Origin: Octopus vulgaris
Taxonomy: Eukaryota
DNA length: 64,000 bases
Assembly (NCBI GenBank): GCA_951406725.2
Contig: OX597825.1
Coordinates: forward strand, 34,906,001 to 34,970,000
Direction: 5' to 3'
Part shown: positions 40,952-54,989 of the stretch, piece after piece
Numbering within the stretch: position 1 is the stretch's first letter
Layout: every line of letters begins with the position of its first letter
Notes under the pieces: generated by a model
The model's input: the letters and a program-made list of their open reading frames with translations, nothing else
The model's database searches: none
What the model was told of the DNA's origin: nothing
Made by a program: the position numbers and the translations under genes

Positions 40952-41166
40952 AAGGATATCTTGATTGACTCATATTTTTGTTTAATGCTTGAGGTGAGGA
41001 GTAGATAGACAGCCAACAACTGATGAATGGTCATTCTTTGTGTTATGTGTCCTGTTTTCCATATTTTCTCTTGTTGTTTGCATATTTAACTCATTTGTTT
41101 TCATATTTTATGTTGTTTACTATTGGTAATGTCCTATACCTATATATATATATATACACACACACA

Positions 41167-41213
<47 letters not shown>

Positions 41214-41219
41214 ACTCAG

Positions 41220-41945
41220 TCTCAACTCATGGCTCGCCACTTCATCCTCCATGGATATCTCCTCACCACTATTCACACTGCCCTTGCCAGAGCGTGTTCT
41301 GTGGACTTTGCATCTGGCCCTCTTCCCGAACCTGCCCCGGTGTCTCCCACCTCCCGTTTCCCCTCACCTACCACCCCACCACCCTACCTCTCCAATGCAC
41401 CATTCTTCGAGTCTTCCAGTGACTCCAGTCCGACCCCTCCACTTCACACATCTTCCCTAACTGACCCCTCCCCTCCTTCAAACAAGCCCATAAGCTACGA
41501 GACCTCTTGATCCATAGCTTCTTCCCTAACCCAACCTCCCAACCCAACTTGTTCCCCTGCTCCCATCCACGCTGCCCTTACCTCTCCAACACCACCCTCC
41601 TCACCGGCACCCATCATTGACCCTATCACATCACTGACTCCTTCACCTGCTCTTCTACCAATGTCATCTACAGCATCTCTTGCTCTCTCTGCCCTTCTCT
41701 ATACATCAGGTAGATGAAATGCTGCTTGGCTGACCAGTTCACGGAACACCTTTGAGACATCTGACTCGGCAATGACACTCTGGTCTCGCACCATTTCCTC
41801 TCTACTGGTCACTTTTTGCAACACCTGTCTGTGTTTGGATTGTCCTTGCCATTTGGACTCCTGTTTACGCTATGAACAGGGATTAATCTTCTCTCTTCGC
41901 TCCTTTGCGCCACAAGGGCTCAACTCTCCTCCCCACTTCATCTAA
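41220..41945 (+). mobile_element. Penelope-like element remnant (Neptune-type GIY-YIG region), with stops and frameshifts
   Basis: Decayed translation FPLTYHP...LRDLLIHS...ITDSFTCSSTNVIYSISCSLCPSLYI...LADQFTEHL...HHF...APQGLN. Confidence 0.85.
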
Positions 41946-42754
41946 CCCCCTCCCCTCATCTCTCCCCTCACACCTACTTCCTCCCACCCACCTCTCCTCT
42001 CTTGCTCTGACTCCCACTTGTCTTAACTCCTATTCTCCTCTCTTTTCACTCCTACCTACCTACCTTCTCCTCCCCTCTTCATTGTCACCCTCCCTTGTAA
42101 CCCTACACATTCCAAACACATCTTCCCTATCCCTCCCATCCCACCCTTTCCATTACACCCCCTCCTGCATACCCAACCTCTACCCCACACCCACTGCCTA
42201 CCCACATACCCTACCTCTACCCCCACCCTCAGCCTAACCCACACCCCACCCTTGCTTTCCCATCTCTCGCCCACCTCCCAACACCATCACACCACACCAC
42301 ACATCACTACACCATACACCACCATACCACACAACACATCACATCACACCACCTCGCACACACTAGCACTGACCACTTTCCAGCCTCACATCTTCACACC
42401 TACGCATACACACATGCATATGTCAAGGTCTCCAGCCCTCTTCCATACGCACATACATACTGTCTTATACACACGCACTTTCGTTTTGGGATCGCCACTA
42501 CTTTATTATCTTCCCTTCTTCCTAGCTCTCCTGTGTGACCCATGTGGCTGCATGTATATTATTACAAGAAGAGCCTTGCAAGTCTATCAGATAGATGGAA
42601 GAGCATTGTAGAAGGTGAAGGAGAGTATATTTTAGATTGAAAATGAACTTTGTTTTTCTTAATTTTGAAAATAAAGGCAGTATAAAAAACCCCCACATTA
42701 TTTATGGGATGACTCAATATGCGTGTATCACCATCATCATCATCATCGTTTAGC

Positions 42755-42802
<48 letters not shown>

Positions 42803-42907
42803 CATATATATGTGTATTTATATATATGTATATATATGTGTGTGTATATGTGTGTATATATGTATATATATGTGTGTGTATAGTTCACTTTCCCATTTGT
42901 ATTTCAG

Positions 42908-43058
42908 GTTGTTGCTCGATGATGGAAGCTGTATGGCATATGGCTTTGTATGGCACAGTGAATTACTTCAGAAAATTCTTGGTTTGTCTTCCGGAGAATG
43001 GAATGATTTGATTCACGCTATCCACACCTCTAATGGCGATATCTGCCTGGAAACAAAG
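42908..43058 (+). CDS. CTC1: CTC1 exon, LLLDDGSCMAYGFVWHSELLQKILGLSSGEWNDLIHAIHTSNGDICLETK
   Basis: tttcag acceptor, gttggt donor, phase 2 to 0. Has the OB-fold DG(S/T) motif and LGLxxxEW, as in CTC1 LLVEDGT...LGLCPREW. Confidence 0.9.
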
Positions 43059-43229
43059 GTTGGTTATTATTGTTTTTTAGCTCTAGATTAGTAGAGACAG
43101 AAGAGACTTATGATTAAAGACAAGGTTAATACCAGGTCCAATATACTTGGGGCTTAATCAAACTTATAAGAAAGCCATTTACTGTTTTCTTTTGGAGAAA
43201 ATTTCTTGCTGTAGAAAATGGTGTGAATG

Positions 43230-43780
43230 CAGTAATGCTCATTGTGCAAGTTGATTTGTTCCTGGAGATTGCTCGTAAAGCGAAAACTCATAAAGCAGGG
43301 CAATAATTTCCCATTGTAGCATTGTTATAAATTGCAATTTGTTTCCAGAAATATATTTTACCTATAAAATTTATGATACTCGTAAAGAAATGGCAATAAA
43401 GCAACAGAATATTTTATATAAAGTAATAAGAATGCCAAAATCATCTATGATAAAAGATACTATTATTATAATCGTTTTCTGAATCACTTTCACTCGCACT
43501 AGACTCATACATACCATCACTTGTAGATGTAGTTGCTGATTCACAAGCACTTGTAGACTGACTTGTAGATTTCTTTTTAAAAAAATAAGTCTAGATTTGT
43601 TTGCTTAGATGAAGCATTTTCTCGCTCGCTATAAATTTCTTGGTAACATACAGAAGCATCTGTTATCGTAGTAGAAACTTTTGCACTTTGTTCAAAATTT
43701 AGATCTTATGCATGAAAAATATAACTCATAATCTTGGTGTCTTGTAAAGTGAGTTTCTCATAAAGTGAGGTATTATTGTA
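43230..43780. mobile_element. Tigger-like MITE
   Basis: cagtaatgctc...gaggtattattgta ends, with ctcgtaaagcga/ctcataaagtga subterminal repeats. Confidence 0.5.
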
Positions 43781-45210
43781 CATCTAAAATCAGCTCACAG
43801 TGCCCCCTACTCAGACTGTAAGATGCAAGCATTTCAAAGTGGTTATCTCCACTTCAGTCACAGAAACTGGACAGGGTGCACTGCAAAGCTGATAAGAGAG
43901 ATTGTCTCTCTTATGATATTCCAGTCATCATTCAATGATTGGTAGTGCTAATTGGCAGCACACAATAAACCAATTGCAGGTTAGCAGCACTAAGCAATGA
44001 TGTGTATAAATATAAGGTTAATATGCTTGAGACATATGTGAACCCATAACAAAGCCATTCACTGTGTTTTGCCATGGAGAAAATTTCTTGATGTTAACAA
44101 ACAATGTAAAAGATGTTCCCTTTTTTTTCCTCTGCCCCTTGAAATAGTGTATTTTGGATTCGATTTTTAATATGGTGTGATTTAATATTGTGGTAAGAAG
44201 TTTGTTTCTCAACCAAATGATTTGGGGTTCAGTCCTGTTATGTGGCATCTTGAGCAAGTGTCTTTTGTTATAGCACTGGCCTGACCAAATCCTTGAGTGG
44301 ATCTTTGAGACAGAAACAGAGTGAAGCTCATTGTACACAGGTATGTGTGTTTGTCTGTGGTGGGAGTATGTGTGTTTGTTACTGTCTTCTTGCCTTCACA
44401 GCACATAACAGTTATAAATGAATGACACCATCATGTAAGTGATGCCCTTTGTCTCCAATCTTCTGTGAAGCATGTCTGGTCATGAAAAATACGAGCTTAT
44501 GTGGAAACAGGTGAGGGCTGGTGATGGGATGGGCATCTGGGTGTAGCAAAACCTACCTTGACAAATTCCATCTGACCCATACAAGCATGGAAAAGCCAGA
44601 CGTTAGGTGGCTGCTGCCGTTCCTCCTCCTCCTCCTCCTAAACCACCACCACCACCTCCTCCTCCTCCTCCTAAACCACCACCACCACCTCCTCATCCTC
44701 CACCTCATCCAGCTCCTCCTCATCGTCCCCTCCACCTCCTCATCCTCCTCATCGTCCCCTCCACTTCCATCTCCTCCTCATCTTCCTCATCGTCCCCCTT
44801 CCTCATCCTCCTTCCCCCCACCCCTCCTCCTCTCAAACCACCACCTTCACCACCTTATAAAGTATTTGCCCTATAAGGTGGTAGAGGTGGTCGTTTGAGA
44901 AGAGATTTCATTGCTATCATAGCAGTTTCAGTGGAGGTTCTAAAATGTAAAATCAGGAAGATTATTATTGGTCAATGTCAGTTAGAGAGGAATTACTTTT
45001 TGGTCATTTGAAGGTCAGCGGTTAGTGGACAGGCCATCAGTAACAGTATGCACATTCATGTCTGTGCATATGGCTACATTAGAATAGGTGGAATTAACTT
45101 GCAAGCCAGCATGTGAAAACATGCTTGCAGGTACACACATACCTGTAAGGCCACACACGCATACAAATAAGTATAAACCAAGCTGCTAGCCTGCTTATTC
45201 TCTCTCTCTG

Positions 45211-45245
<35 letters not shown>

Positions 45246-45439
45246 AGCTCAGTGATATTGCAATGCACCATCTCTTGGTAATCGATAGTGGCTGTGTGGA
45301 AAGAAACTTGCTTCCCAACCACATGGTTCCAGGTTCAGTCCCACTGCATGGCACCTTGGTCAAGTGTCTTTTATTATAGCTTCGAGCCAATCAAAGTCTT
45401 GTAAGTGGATTTGGTAGATGGAAACTGAAAGGAACCCAT

Positions 45440-45492
<53 letters not shown>

Positions 45493-46859
45493 TCATCATC
45501 ATTTTACATCTGTTTTCCATGCTGGCATGGGTTGGATGGTTCGACTGGGGTCTGGGATGCCAGGATGTTGCATCAGGCCCCAATCTGATCTGGCAGTGTG
45601 TTTCTATAGCTGGATGCTTTTCCTAAAGCCAACCACTCCGAGAGTGTAGTGGGTGCTTTTTATGCGGCATAAGGGGCCAGAGGAGCTGGCATCGACCACG
45701 ATCGGATGGTGCTTTTTACATGCCACGGGCACGGAAGCCAGTCAAAGCAGCACTGGCATCAGCCATGTTTAGATGGTGCTTTTTACATGCTACTGGCATG
45801 GGGCTCACAACTACAATTTCCATTTGATTTGATTTTGATATTGCTGATGTTGATGTACTTGACTCAATAGATCTCTTCAAGCATGGCATGTTGCCCTACG
45901 ATCCAAGGTACTTTTGAGTGGGCTGGTTTTGCAACACCGGTGTAGGTTACAGCTGTGCATTGACTTTATATATATATAAATATATATGCACATACGGCAT
46001 GGCTGTGTAGTTAGGGAGCTTGCTTTCTAGCTACATGGTTTCGGGTTCAGTCCCACTGTGTGACACTTTGGGCAGGTGTCTTCTACTATAGCCTCGAGCC
46101 AACCGAAGCTTTGTGATTGAATTTGGCACGCGGAAGTTACTGCCGTGTGTGTATATGTGCATGTAGGTGCTCAGTGCCTCTCCGAAAGAGAGAGAGAGAG
46201 GGATATGTGTGTGTCTGTGTTTGTTGCCCACCACCACTTGACAACCATTGCTGGTGTGTTTATGTCTCCTTAACTTGGTGGTTTAGCAAAAGAGACCAAT
46301 AGAATAAGTACCAGGCTTAAAAAATAAAAGTACTGGGGTTGATTTATTCGATTAAAATTTTTCAACTTGGTGCCCCAGCATGGCTGCAGTCCATGACTGA
46401 AACAAGTAAAAGAATATCATCATCACAAGCATGGTTGCTCTGGAGCTCATTCTCCAACTACACAGTTTGTTATCTTGTGGTTCAGTTCCACTGTATGGTT
46501 CCTTGGGCAGGTGTTTTCTACAATACGCCCACTCCAACTAAAATCTTGTGGAAGTATTTGATAGATGGAAACTGAAAGGAGCCCCATCATCATCATCATT
46601 TCGCGTCTATTTTCATTGCTGGCATGGGTTAGTTGGTTTGAGTGGAACTGGTTAGCCGGAGTACTGTGCCAAGCTCCAGTCTGTTTTGGCTTGGTTTTTA
46701 TGGCTGGATGCCCTTCCTATCACCACCCATTCCATAGAGTGTACTTGGTATTTTTCCTGTGTTACGTATGTATGTGTGTATATATATATATATGTATATA
46801 TACATGTATGCACACATACACATCTATATATCTCTAATGTCTATACATATACATGCATA

Positions 46860-46930
<71 letters not shown>

Positions 46931-47150
46931 ATATTTTGGTTTCAAATTTTGGCACAAGGGCAGCAGGTTTGGGAGAGGGCTAAGTCAATGAAATCAACTC
47001 TACTGTTCAACTGGTACTTATTTTATCAACTCTGAAAGGATGAAAGGCAAAGTTGACCTCAGAGGAATTTGAACTCAGAACATAATGACTGATGAAATGC
47101 CAGTAAGCATTTTACTTGATGTGTTAAAGATTCTGCCAGCTTGCCATCTT

Positions 47151-47227
<77 letters not shown>

Positions 47228-47230
<3 letters not shown>

Positions 47231-47745
47231 GTGGAGGAAGTTCAGAGTGCTATCACCTCTGTTGGCAACAAAAGGACTCTCTCTCAGAGTGAAAGGTAGA
47301 CTATGTGATGCTTATGTGTGAATGTCTATACTCCATGGTAGTGAGACATGGGATCTGAATGCAGAAGGCATGCATAGACTGGAGAGAAATGAAGATAGTA
47401 TGCTCTGTTGGATGTGCAACATCAGTGCACATGTACGACAAAGTGCAAATGTATTGAGAGAAAAGTTGGGCATAAGAGGAATCAAATGTAGCATGCAAGG
47501 GAGAAGACTACGTTGGTTTGGATAAGTGATGTGTATGAATGAGGACAGCTGCATAAAGAAGTGCCAATCACTGAATGTGGATGGTCCTTGTGGAAGAGGG
47601 AGAGCCAGGAAGTCATGGGATGAAGTGGTAAGGACCAATCTCAGGATGTTGAGCCTCACACAAGAAATGACAATGGACTGAGATGTCTGGTGATATGAAG
47701 TTCTTGAGAAGACCTGCCCATGTCAGTGAAACTGAGTTCTAGAAG
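47228..47745 (+). mobile_element. RTE LINE ORF C-terminal fragment (5'-truncated)
   Basis: LSLRVKGRL...LHGSETWDL...RRLRWFG...GRGRARKSW. Confidence 0.88.
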
Positions 47746-48437
47746 TGCTGTGTGTCCTACCCACACTTAATGAGAAAACTTCTCACACACTCTACCACAA
47801 CAGACCAAACTACATCTTTTCTCTTCCTCATATTGCCACTTCATGCACTAGGCTCACCTCCCACTCTCCAATCCTGTCCTCTTGGCCCTCTGCCATTGTA
47901 TCATTGCTCTCCGCTTCTAACTTGTGTGTTCTATCCAAGTCCTGTCTCACTGCATCATTACATATACCCGCCACTTAGCCACCATCTCTGTCCCCCCCCC
48001 CTCTTCCCTTCTGTACTTTCCTCAGGTTGGGTAATCATGTATTTCCTTTGCGGCAGTGCACCTGTTTCTGTCTTCATTCCTGATCTCTCTCTCTCTCTCT
48101 CTCTGGCCGTGTAATGAAATCTTTGTGATGGAAACTGAAATAAATACATAATATGTGTGTGTGTGTGTGTGAGGCACCTGATCTGTAAAAGGCACCTACA
48201 CCAGTAACACATAAAAAATACCTGATACACTCTGAAGAGTGGTTGGTGTTAGGAAGGGCATCCAGCTGTAGAAACGAAACCAAAATAGAGTTGCAAACTC
48301 ACTTTCCTAGTGTTGCTGTTGTTGCTGGTGCTGGTGCTATTATTGATAGTAGTGTTGATGATTGTGATGGTGGGGGGTGGTTTTTCTAGTTTTGATTTGT
48401 TTCACTATATTTTTGCCACTTTTCAATTCTTTTATAG

Positions 48438-48579
48438 AATTACAATGAAAACCAGATGCTGTTTCAATCCAATCATAATTCTTCCTGCTTGGAACAATTC
48501 CTCAGATCCCTCTGTTTCAGCCCTGTGGTCAAGAAAGAATGGTGGATGGTTTTAGTGAAAAAGAACATTGATTGTAAAG
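48438..48579 (+). CDS. CTC1: CTC1 penultimate coding exon, NYNENQMLFQSNHNSSCLEQFLRSLCFSPVVKKEWWMVLVKKNIDCK
   Basis: tttatag acceptor, gtaaat donor, phase 0 to 1. FLRSLCFSPVV resembles CTC1 FLWTLCTSPSV. Confidence 0.88.
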
Positions 48580-48635
48580 GTAAATGGTACTTTATATCAA
48601 ATATACTCCAAGAACATTGTTTAGTGTGTATGTGT

Positions 48636-48683
<48 letters not shown>

Positions 48684-49539
48684 CACAGGAGTGACTGTGT
48701 GGTAAGAAGCTTGCTTCCCAACCACATGGTTCTGGGTTCAGTTCCACTGTATGACAACTTAGGTGAGTGTCTTCTACTATAGCTTTGGACTGACCAAAGC
48801 CTTGTCTGTCTGTCTGTCTATCTGTGTGTGTGTGTCTTTGTGTCTGTGTTTGTCTCCGCCATCACTGCTTGACAACTGGTGCTGGGGTGTTTAAGTCCCC
48901 ATAACTTAGTGGTTTGGCAAAAGAGGCTGATAGAGTAAGATACTATGCGTAAAAAAATAAGTTCTGGGATTGTGTTGTTCGGCTAAAAACCCTTCAAGGC
49001 GATTCACCAGCATGGCCACAGTCAAATGATTGAAACAAGTTCAAGAATAAAAGAATATATATAGGTGCAGGAGTGGCTGTGTGGTAAGTAGCTTGCTTAC
49101 CAACCACATGGTTCCGGGTTCAGTACCACTGCGTGACACCTTGGGCAAGTGTCTTCTACTATAGCCTTGGGCCCGACCAAAGCTTTGTGAGTGGATTTGG
49201 TAGACAGAAACTGAAAGAATCCCGTCGTATATATGTATATGTATGTATATATATATGTGTGTGTGTGTGTGTCTGTGTTTGTCCCCCCAACATCGCTTGA
49301 CAACCGATGCTGGTGTGTTTATGTCCCCATAACTTAGCGGTTTGGCAAAAGAAACTGATCGAATAAGTACTAAGCTTACAAAGAATAAGTTCTGGGGTCG
49401 ATTTGCTCGACTAAAGGCAGTGCTCCAGCATGGTCACAGTGAAATGACTGAAACAAGGCTATAGTTGAATGTACTTGCCCAAGATGTCATGCAAACCTCT
49501 TAACACACAGCCGTACCTATGCCTATATGTATGTATGTA

Positions 49540-49995
49540 TGCTTGGTGAGGAGGTTGTTTATTGGACACCCTGCGGGATGAAAAACAAAACCCGTCACAG
49601 GGCGGAGGAACTCTTGAGAGTCAACGGCCATCCAATAAATGTCTTAAGGCTGTATCAAGCGCGGGGACATAGAAATAATCGGACTGAATACCCGATCGCG
49701 CGGTTAAACCATTGGGAGTGAAGGACTCCTAGCCTTTGTTAGGGCATCCTTCTAGGAGAAGGTAACTCAGGTAACTGGGATAACTCCGACGTAAAACCTG
49801 TGGCTCAGTGGTTACCGATGATGTTGACTTGTTCTTCTTTTCGGATTATGGCTGCTGTTGTTTAGTGAGTGGGATTGACTCAGTGCACAACCTTTCCTCA
49901 CTTAAGAAAAATCTTCTTGCACAGGCATTGCATGATAACAACATTGATTAAGCTTCGTGCAATGGCCATACTTGATAATGAGGGGGCAGCCACCA
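49540..49995 (+). mobile_element. RTE-like 5' UTR-derived repeat
   Basis: CpG-rich; gggcatccttctaggagaaggtaactc resembles the RTE 5' UTR motif; terminal stem tttattgga/tccaataaa. Confidence 0.45.
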
Positions 49996-50664
49996 TGTAT
50001 GTATGTATGTATGTACGTACACACCATCAGTGCATCATAAATTCAAGGAAGAAGCACACTCTAAAAGTTAGAGCAGTAATGTACTTACATGAAGTTAAAT
50101 ATCTATCTGATCATAGAGTGACCAATGATTTCACATCCATAAAGCACTTAGCCTTATAGACGACTTGTCAGACTCCAATGGTTGCAGGCATATAACCTCT
50201 CTTCAAACTGGAGATAGCAAACCTTTATGGTCAGTTAATTTGTAAGCAAAAGAATAATATACGTTCAGCGATTTCAGCTGTAAACAGTTCCTGGGAGATT
50301 CGTTGTCTATCTTTTAGGTCCATAAGATTTGCCAACTGGACCAGTCTGAGGACAATAATCCATCCAGTTTAAGGCTCAGACAGTGTATATTATTCTTTTG
50401 TTTACACATTAACTGATGCTAATGGTTTTCTACCTCCAGTTTGAAGAGAGGTTATATGCCTGTGGCCATTGGAGTCTGATGAGTCATCTATAAAGCTAAG
50501 GCCATTGGTCACTCTATGACCAGACATATTTAACTTTATGTACATATATATATATATTTATAGTTAATCCAAACATGAAAACACAAAGAGAAAACACAAC
50601 AATGCAAAGATGTGGAACTAGTATAGTGTTATTGGACGCTCAGGAAAGGAAAGAAAGGAGGAGG

Positions 50665-50698
50665 ATTTAATGTTTTAAGTGGAGCTCTTCGTCAGAAA
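50665..50698 (-). ncRNA. Decayed minimal hammerhead motif in a Penelope-like terminal repeat (about 50560-50755)
   Basis: uuu CUGACGA a gagc ucc acuu AAAAC AUU aaa. It differs from CUGACGAAGAGCUCCGCUCGAAACGUU only by CpG-type transitions. Confidence 0.45.
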
Positions 50699-52374
50699 CA
50701 TAGAAAAAGAAAAGGTCCAAGGAAGGGAAGACAGAGAAAGAAAATCGCCTATGATATATATAAAAGGCTTCTACATAGTTTCTACCTACTAGACGCACTC
50801 AGACAGGTTGGTCCAGAGCTACAGTATAAGACACCTGTTTCAAGTGCTGGGTAGTGGGATTGAACATGATACAATGTGGCTGCAAAGTGAGTTTCTTAAC
50901 CACACAACTATGCCTCTCTATACCAAAAGAAAACCAAAAATCATGAAAAAACACTACAGAAACTAATGGGAAAAATGACAAATGGTATTTTTCTTTCTTG
51001 AGATATTTTAGAATCATAACCATTATTTACTTACTTATCTATTGATTTGTTTATTTATTTATTGTAAGAATGGAATGGTTAGAAGACATTTTTGTAAAAA
51101 TATCAGGAACCACTACTACCTACTAACTGTTTCAGTAGCCTGTAAAACTGGTGTTATTCTGTAAATGGGAGTCTATTTTTAAACACACAACAAAGAGTTT
51201 TCATTTTTTTCCTCTCTTTTCCTATTTAAAAAAATTTTGCTGTCTTTTCCCTCGATAAGTATATTACTTTTCTTTGTTTCTTTCACAACTTGCCAGAAGA
51301 AAAATAGATTTTAAATGATTTAAGGAGTTAAAATATTTATTACTGCTACAATGTATATTTATTTTTCAAGGACTTAACTCTTTCAGAAAGCTGACCAGGT
51401 TCTGATTGTCTGTTTTGGCATGGTTTCTATGGCTGGGTGCCCATGCTAATGCCAATCACTTTACAGAATGTGCTGGGTGCTTTTTATGTGCCACTGGCAT
51501 ATCAACACTGCTTGTATAAAGACATATGACCTAGTAGTTTGGGTTTGTTTTGAGATCGTATAGTCATGGGTTCTGCTATTCTTTCACTGGACAGTTGTGT
51601 CCTTAAGCAAAAGCGCTTCAGTTGTAATGAGTACCAGTTACATAGGAGTGGCTGTGTGGTAAGTAGCTTTCTTATGAACCACATGGTTCCGGGTTCAGTC
51701 CCACTGCATGGCACCTTGGACAATTGTCTTCTACTATAGCCTGGGGCTGGCCAAAGCCTTGTGAGTGGATTTGGTAGACGGAAACTGAAAGAAGCCTGTC
51801 GTATATATGTATATGTATATATATGTGTGTGTTTGAGTGTCTATGTTTGTCCCCCCAATATCAGTTGACAACCGATGCTGGTGTGTTTACGTCCTGTATC
51901 TTAGTGGTTTGGCAAATGAGACCGATAGAATAAGTACTAGGCTTACAAAGAATAAGTCCTGGGGTTGATTTGCTCGACTAAAGGCGGTGCTCCAGCATGG
52001 CCACAGTCAAATGACTGAAACAAGTAAAAGAGTAAAAGAATAAAAGAGTACAACCATCTCTCTGTCTCTAACTGAGATGAGGTGGCTAAGAATGCGTTCA
52101 TGTCTTCTAGTAAATACATCAGCACATAAAACAATCAACAAAAGCATGGCACATGTTACCCAGTTGTATTCAGTTGGGTGTAATGTTTGGCTGTACAAAA
52201 CTGCCTATTTGGTGTGGGGCATGGCTGCGTTGTTAAGAAGTTTGCTTTGCAATCACATGGTTTTGGGTTTAGTCCCACTGCATGGTACCTTAGCCAAGTG
52301 TCCACCGGTGGACCAGTGCCTTGTGAGTGAATTTTTTAGACAGAAATTGCGTGAAAGCTCATCATGTGTGTATA

Positions 52375-52405
<31 letters not shown>

Positions 52406-53759
52406 CTTTGTGTGTGTGTGTATTTTTGTTTGTGTTTCCCTCCTCACCACTGCTTGGCAACTGAGGTTGGTTTCTTTGCATGTCCATAACACACTCACAC
52501 ACAACACACACATACATACACAAACACACATGCATGCATACACACACACACACACACACGTATATGACAGGCTTCCACACAGTTTTCATCTATCTAATTC
52601 ATTGTCAAAGCATTGGTTGACCCAGGGCTATAGTAAAAGACATTTGGCCAAGCTTCTGCACTGTGGGATTGAACCCAAAGCCATTTGGTTGCAAAGTGAG
52701 ATTCATAACCACACAGCCAGTATATACACAAATGTATATATACAATTAAACATATACACATACATATACGTACACACATTTTCATGTACACACATACACA
52801 CACACATGTACATGATGATTTTCATACTTGCATATGTGCATATACACATACATGTACATGATGTTCATACATGCATATGTATACATACACACGCATATAT
52901 CTATATGATAAGGTTCATACGCATATATGTGCATACACACATACACACACATTAAAATTGAATATTTTGTATTGTTGAATCAAAGACAATCTCAGGCAAT
53001 TTGTTATTGCAGAGGGTTAAGACAAAAAGCAACATTTAGAAATTGACAAAATAAAAAGAAAATAGATATAGAAATAATCTGCTCCAAACCAAAACCAATG
53101 CTGTACCAAACCAAACCAAACCAAACCAAACCAAATCAACAACTGTTATTTTTATTCTTTTTATTTTTGTGGTATTCCAAATATATGTGTACTGCTTAAG
53201 TAAAGTAATATATGTCTTTACTATCAGTTTAGAGTCAGAAGTACTTTTATTTGGGAAAAGCAAGTGGCAGCTACACTGTATTTTCTGTGAATTATCATTG
53301 ATTGTATCAGCTATTTCAACACAGAGACATTAGCCGGCAGAGTGACATAGATGGAGCAGATGATGAGGATTTTATTATGAGGTTTTTATAAATTTGTGGA
53401 CAAAAGGAGATCGATACTGTTGTTATTATTATATACTTGTAAATAATGATTTGATGTTTACATGTGATTACGATGACAATGTTGTGGTGAGGAGTACAGG
53501 GGAATGTGCAAGGCAGGATGGTTAGGGAAGTTTTGGAGGAAGGTTGTATTGTTTGAACTGGATTGCATGGAAAGCTAGCAGTATTATCGGTATTATTGGT
53601 ACTTTTATTTAATAGGTCAAATTTTTCTTTCTTACTAATCACTGTTGTCACTCCACCATCACATTAATGTAACCACCACCTCCACCACTATTACTCTACT
53701 ATCATTACAGTCATCACCAACATCACCACCACCACTACTGCCTCCACCACTACCACATA

Positions 53760-53771
53760 ATAATAATGATG

Positions 53772-53821
<50 letters not shown>

Positions 53822-54349
53822 CCTTTCTGCTATAGTCAAGACTTGGAATTTTCGGTGGAGGGGAGGCTAGTCGATTACATCAAACCCAGTGCATAACTGA
53901 TATTTGTTTTGACTCCAAGATGAGGAAAGATAAAGTTGACCTTGGTGGAATTTGAACTCAGAGTGTAAGAATGGACAAAATGCAGCTAACCATTTTGCCC
54001 GGCGTACTAACGATTCTGCCACCTGGCTGCCTTAATAATGATAATAATAATGATAATAATCCTTTCTACTATAGGTACAAGGCTTGAAATTTGTGGGGAG
54101 GGGACTAGTCGATTACACTGACCCCGGTATTTGACTAGCACTTGATTTATTGACCTTGGAAGGATGTAAAGCAACGTCGACCCCAGTAGAATTTGAACTC
54201 AGAATGTAAATAATTATAATAATCTTTTCTACTCTATACACAATGCCTGAAATTTTTGGGGAGAGGGCTAGTTGATTAGATCAACCCCAGTATGCAACTG
54301 GTACTTAATTTATTGACCCTAAATATGAAAGGCAAAGTTGACCTTGGCA

Positions 54350-54387
<38 letters not shown>

Positions 54388-54624
54388 GTAATAGTGGTTT
54401 AAGATTTTGGCACAGGGCATGTAACTTTTGAGGGGAGGGGGATGTTGAGAACATTGACTCCAGTACTTGATTGGTACTTATTTTATTGATGCCTGAAAGG
54501 ATGAGAGGCAAAGTCGATCTCAGCAGAATGTGAACTCAGAATGTTAAGACACATGAAATGCTGCTAATCATTTTGTCAAGATTGCTAATGATTCTACCAG
54601 CTTGCCACCTTCTTAATAATAATA

Positions 54625-54660
<36 letters not shown>
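53760..54660 (-). mobile_element. Head-to-tail array of SINE family 2 with (TTA)n tails; other copies at 6770-6985 (+), 22098-22540, 30147-30363, 37138-37352, 46937-47148, 59358-59830, 61590-61770
   Basis: Repeated gagttcaaattcc B box and gactttgcctttcatcc...aagtaccag central domain. Confidence 0.85.
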
Positions 54661-54663
<3 letters not shown>

Positions 54664-54989
54664 GTAGTTATAACAGTAATGCTGTATTGGCCACAAGGGC
54701 TGCAAAACATTTAGGACAATAGGGGGACAAAGGTCAGTAGAGATTTACAAAGAAATTTGTAAATAATAACAATTTGCAAAAAAATTTTCTCAAACAAAGT
54801 CTACAGTGAGGGGAAAATACTAAACACGAGTAATCAAGAAATTCTACAGAACCTGAGAAACTCTACTGACCATGGGTATCATGATGACTGCTCCTGTCTT
54901 TTCCATATTTCTCAGTTTATAAGTACCAACTTAGTGTAGGCCTACTCATCTGGACCATCCTTGTCATATTCGTCCATTACTGGGTGGGA

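Noticed and set aside
41020-41130. CTGATGA in a repeat between the family-B copy and the Penelope remnant
   Set aside because: No GAAA or cleavage triplet could be found.
52077-52955. 292-aa ORF
   Set aside because: Built from SINE pieces and CA/TA repeats.
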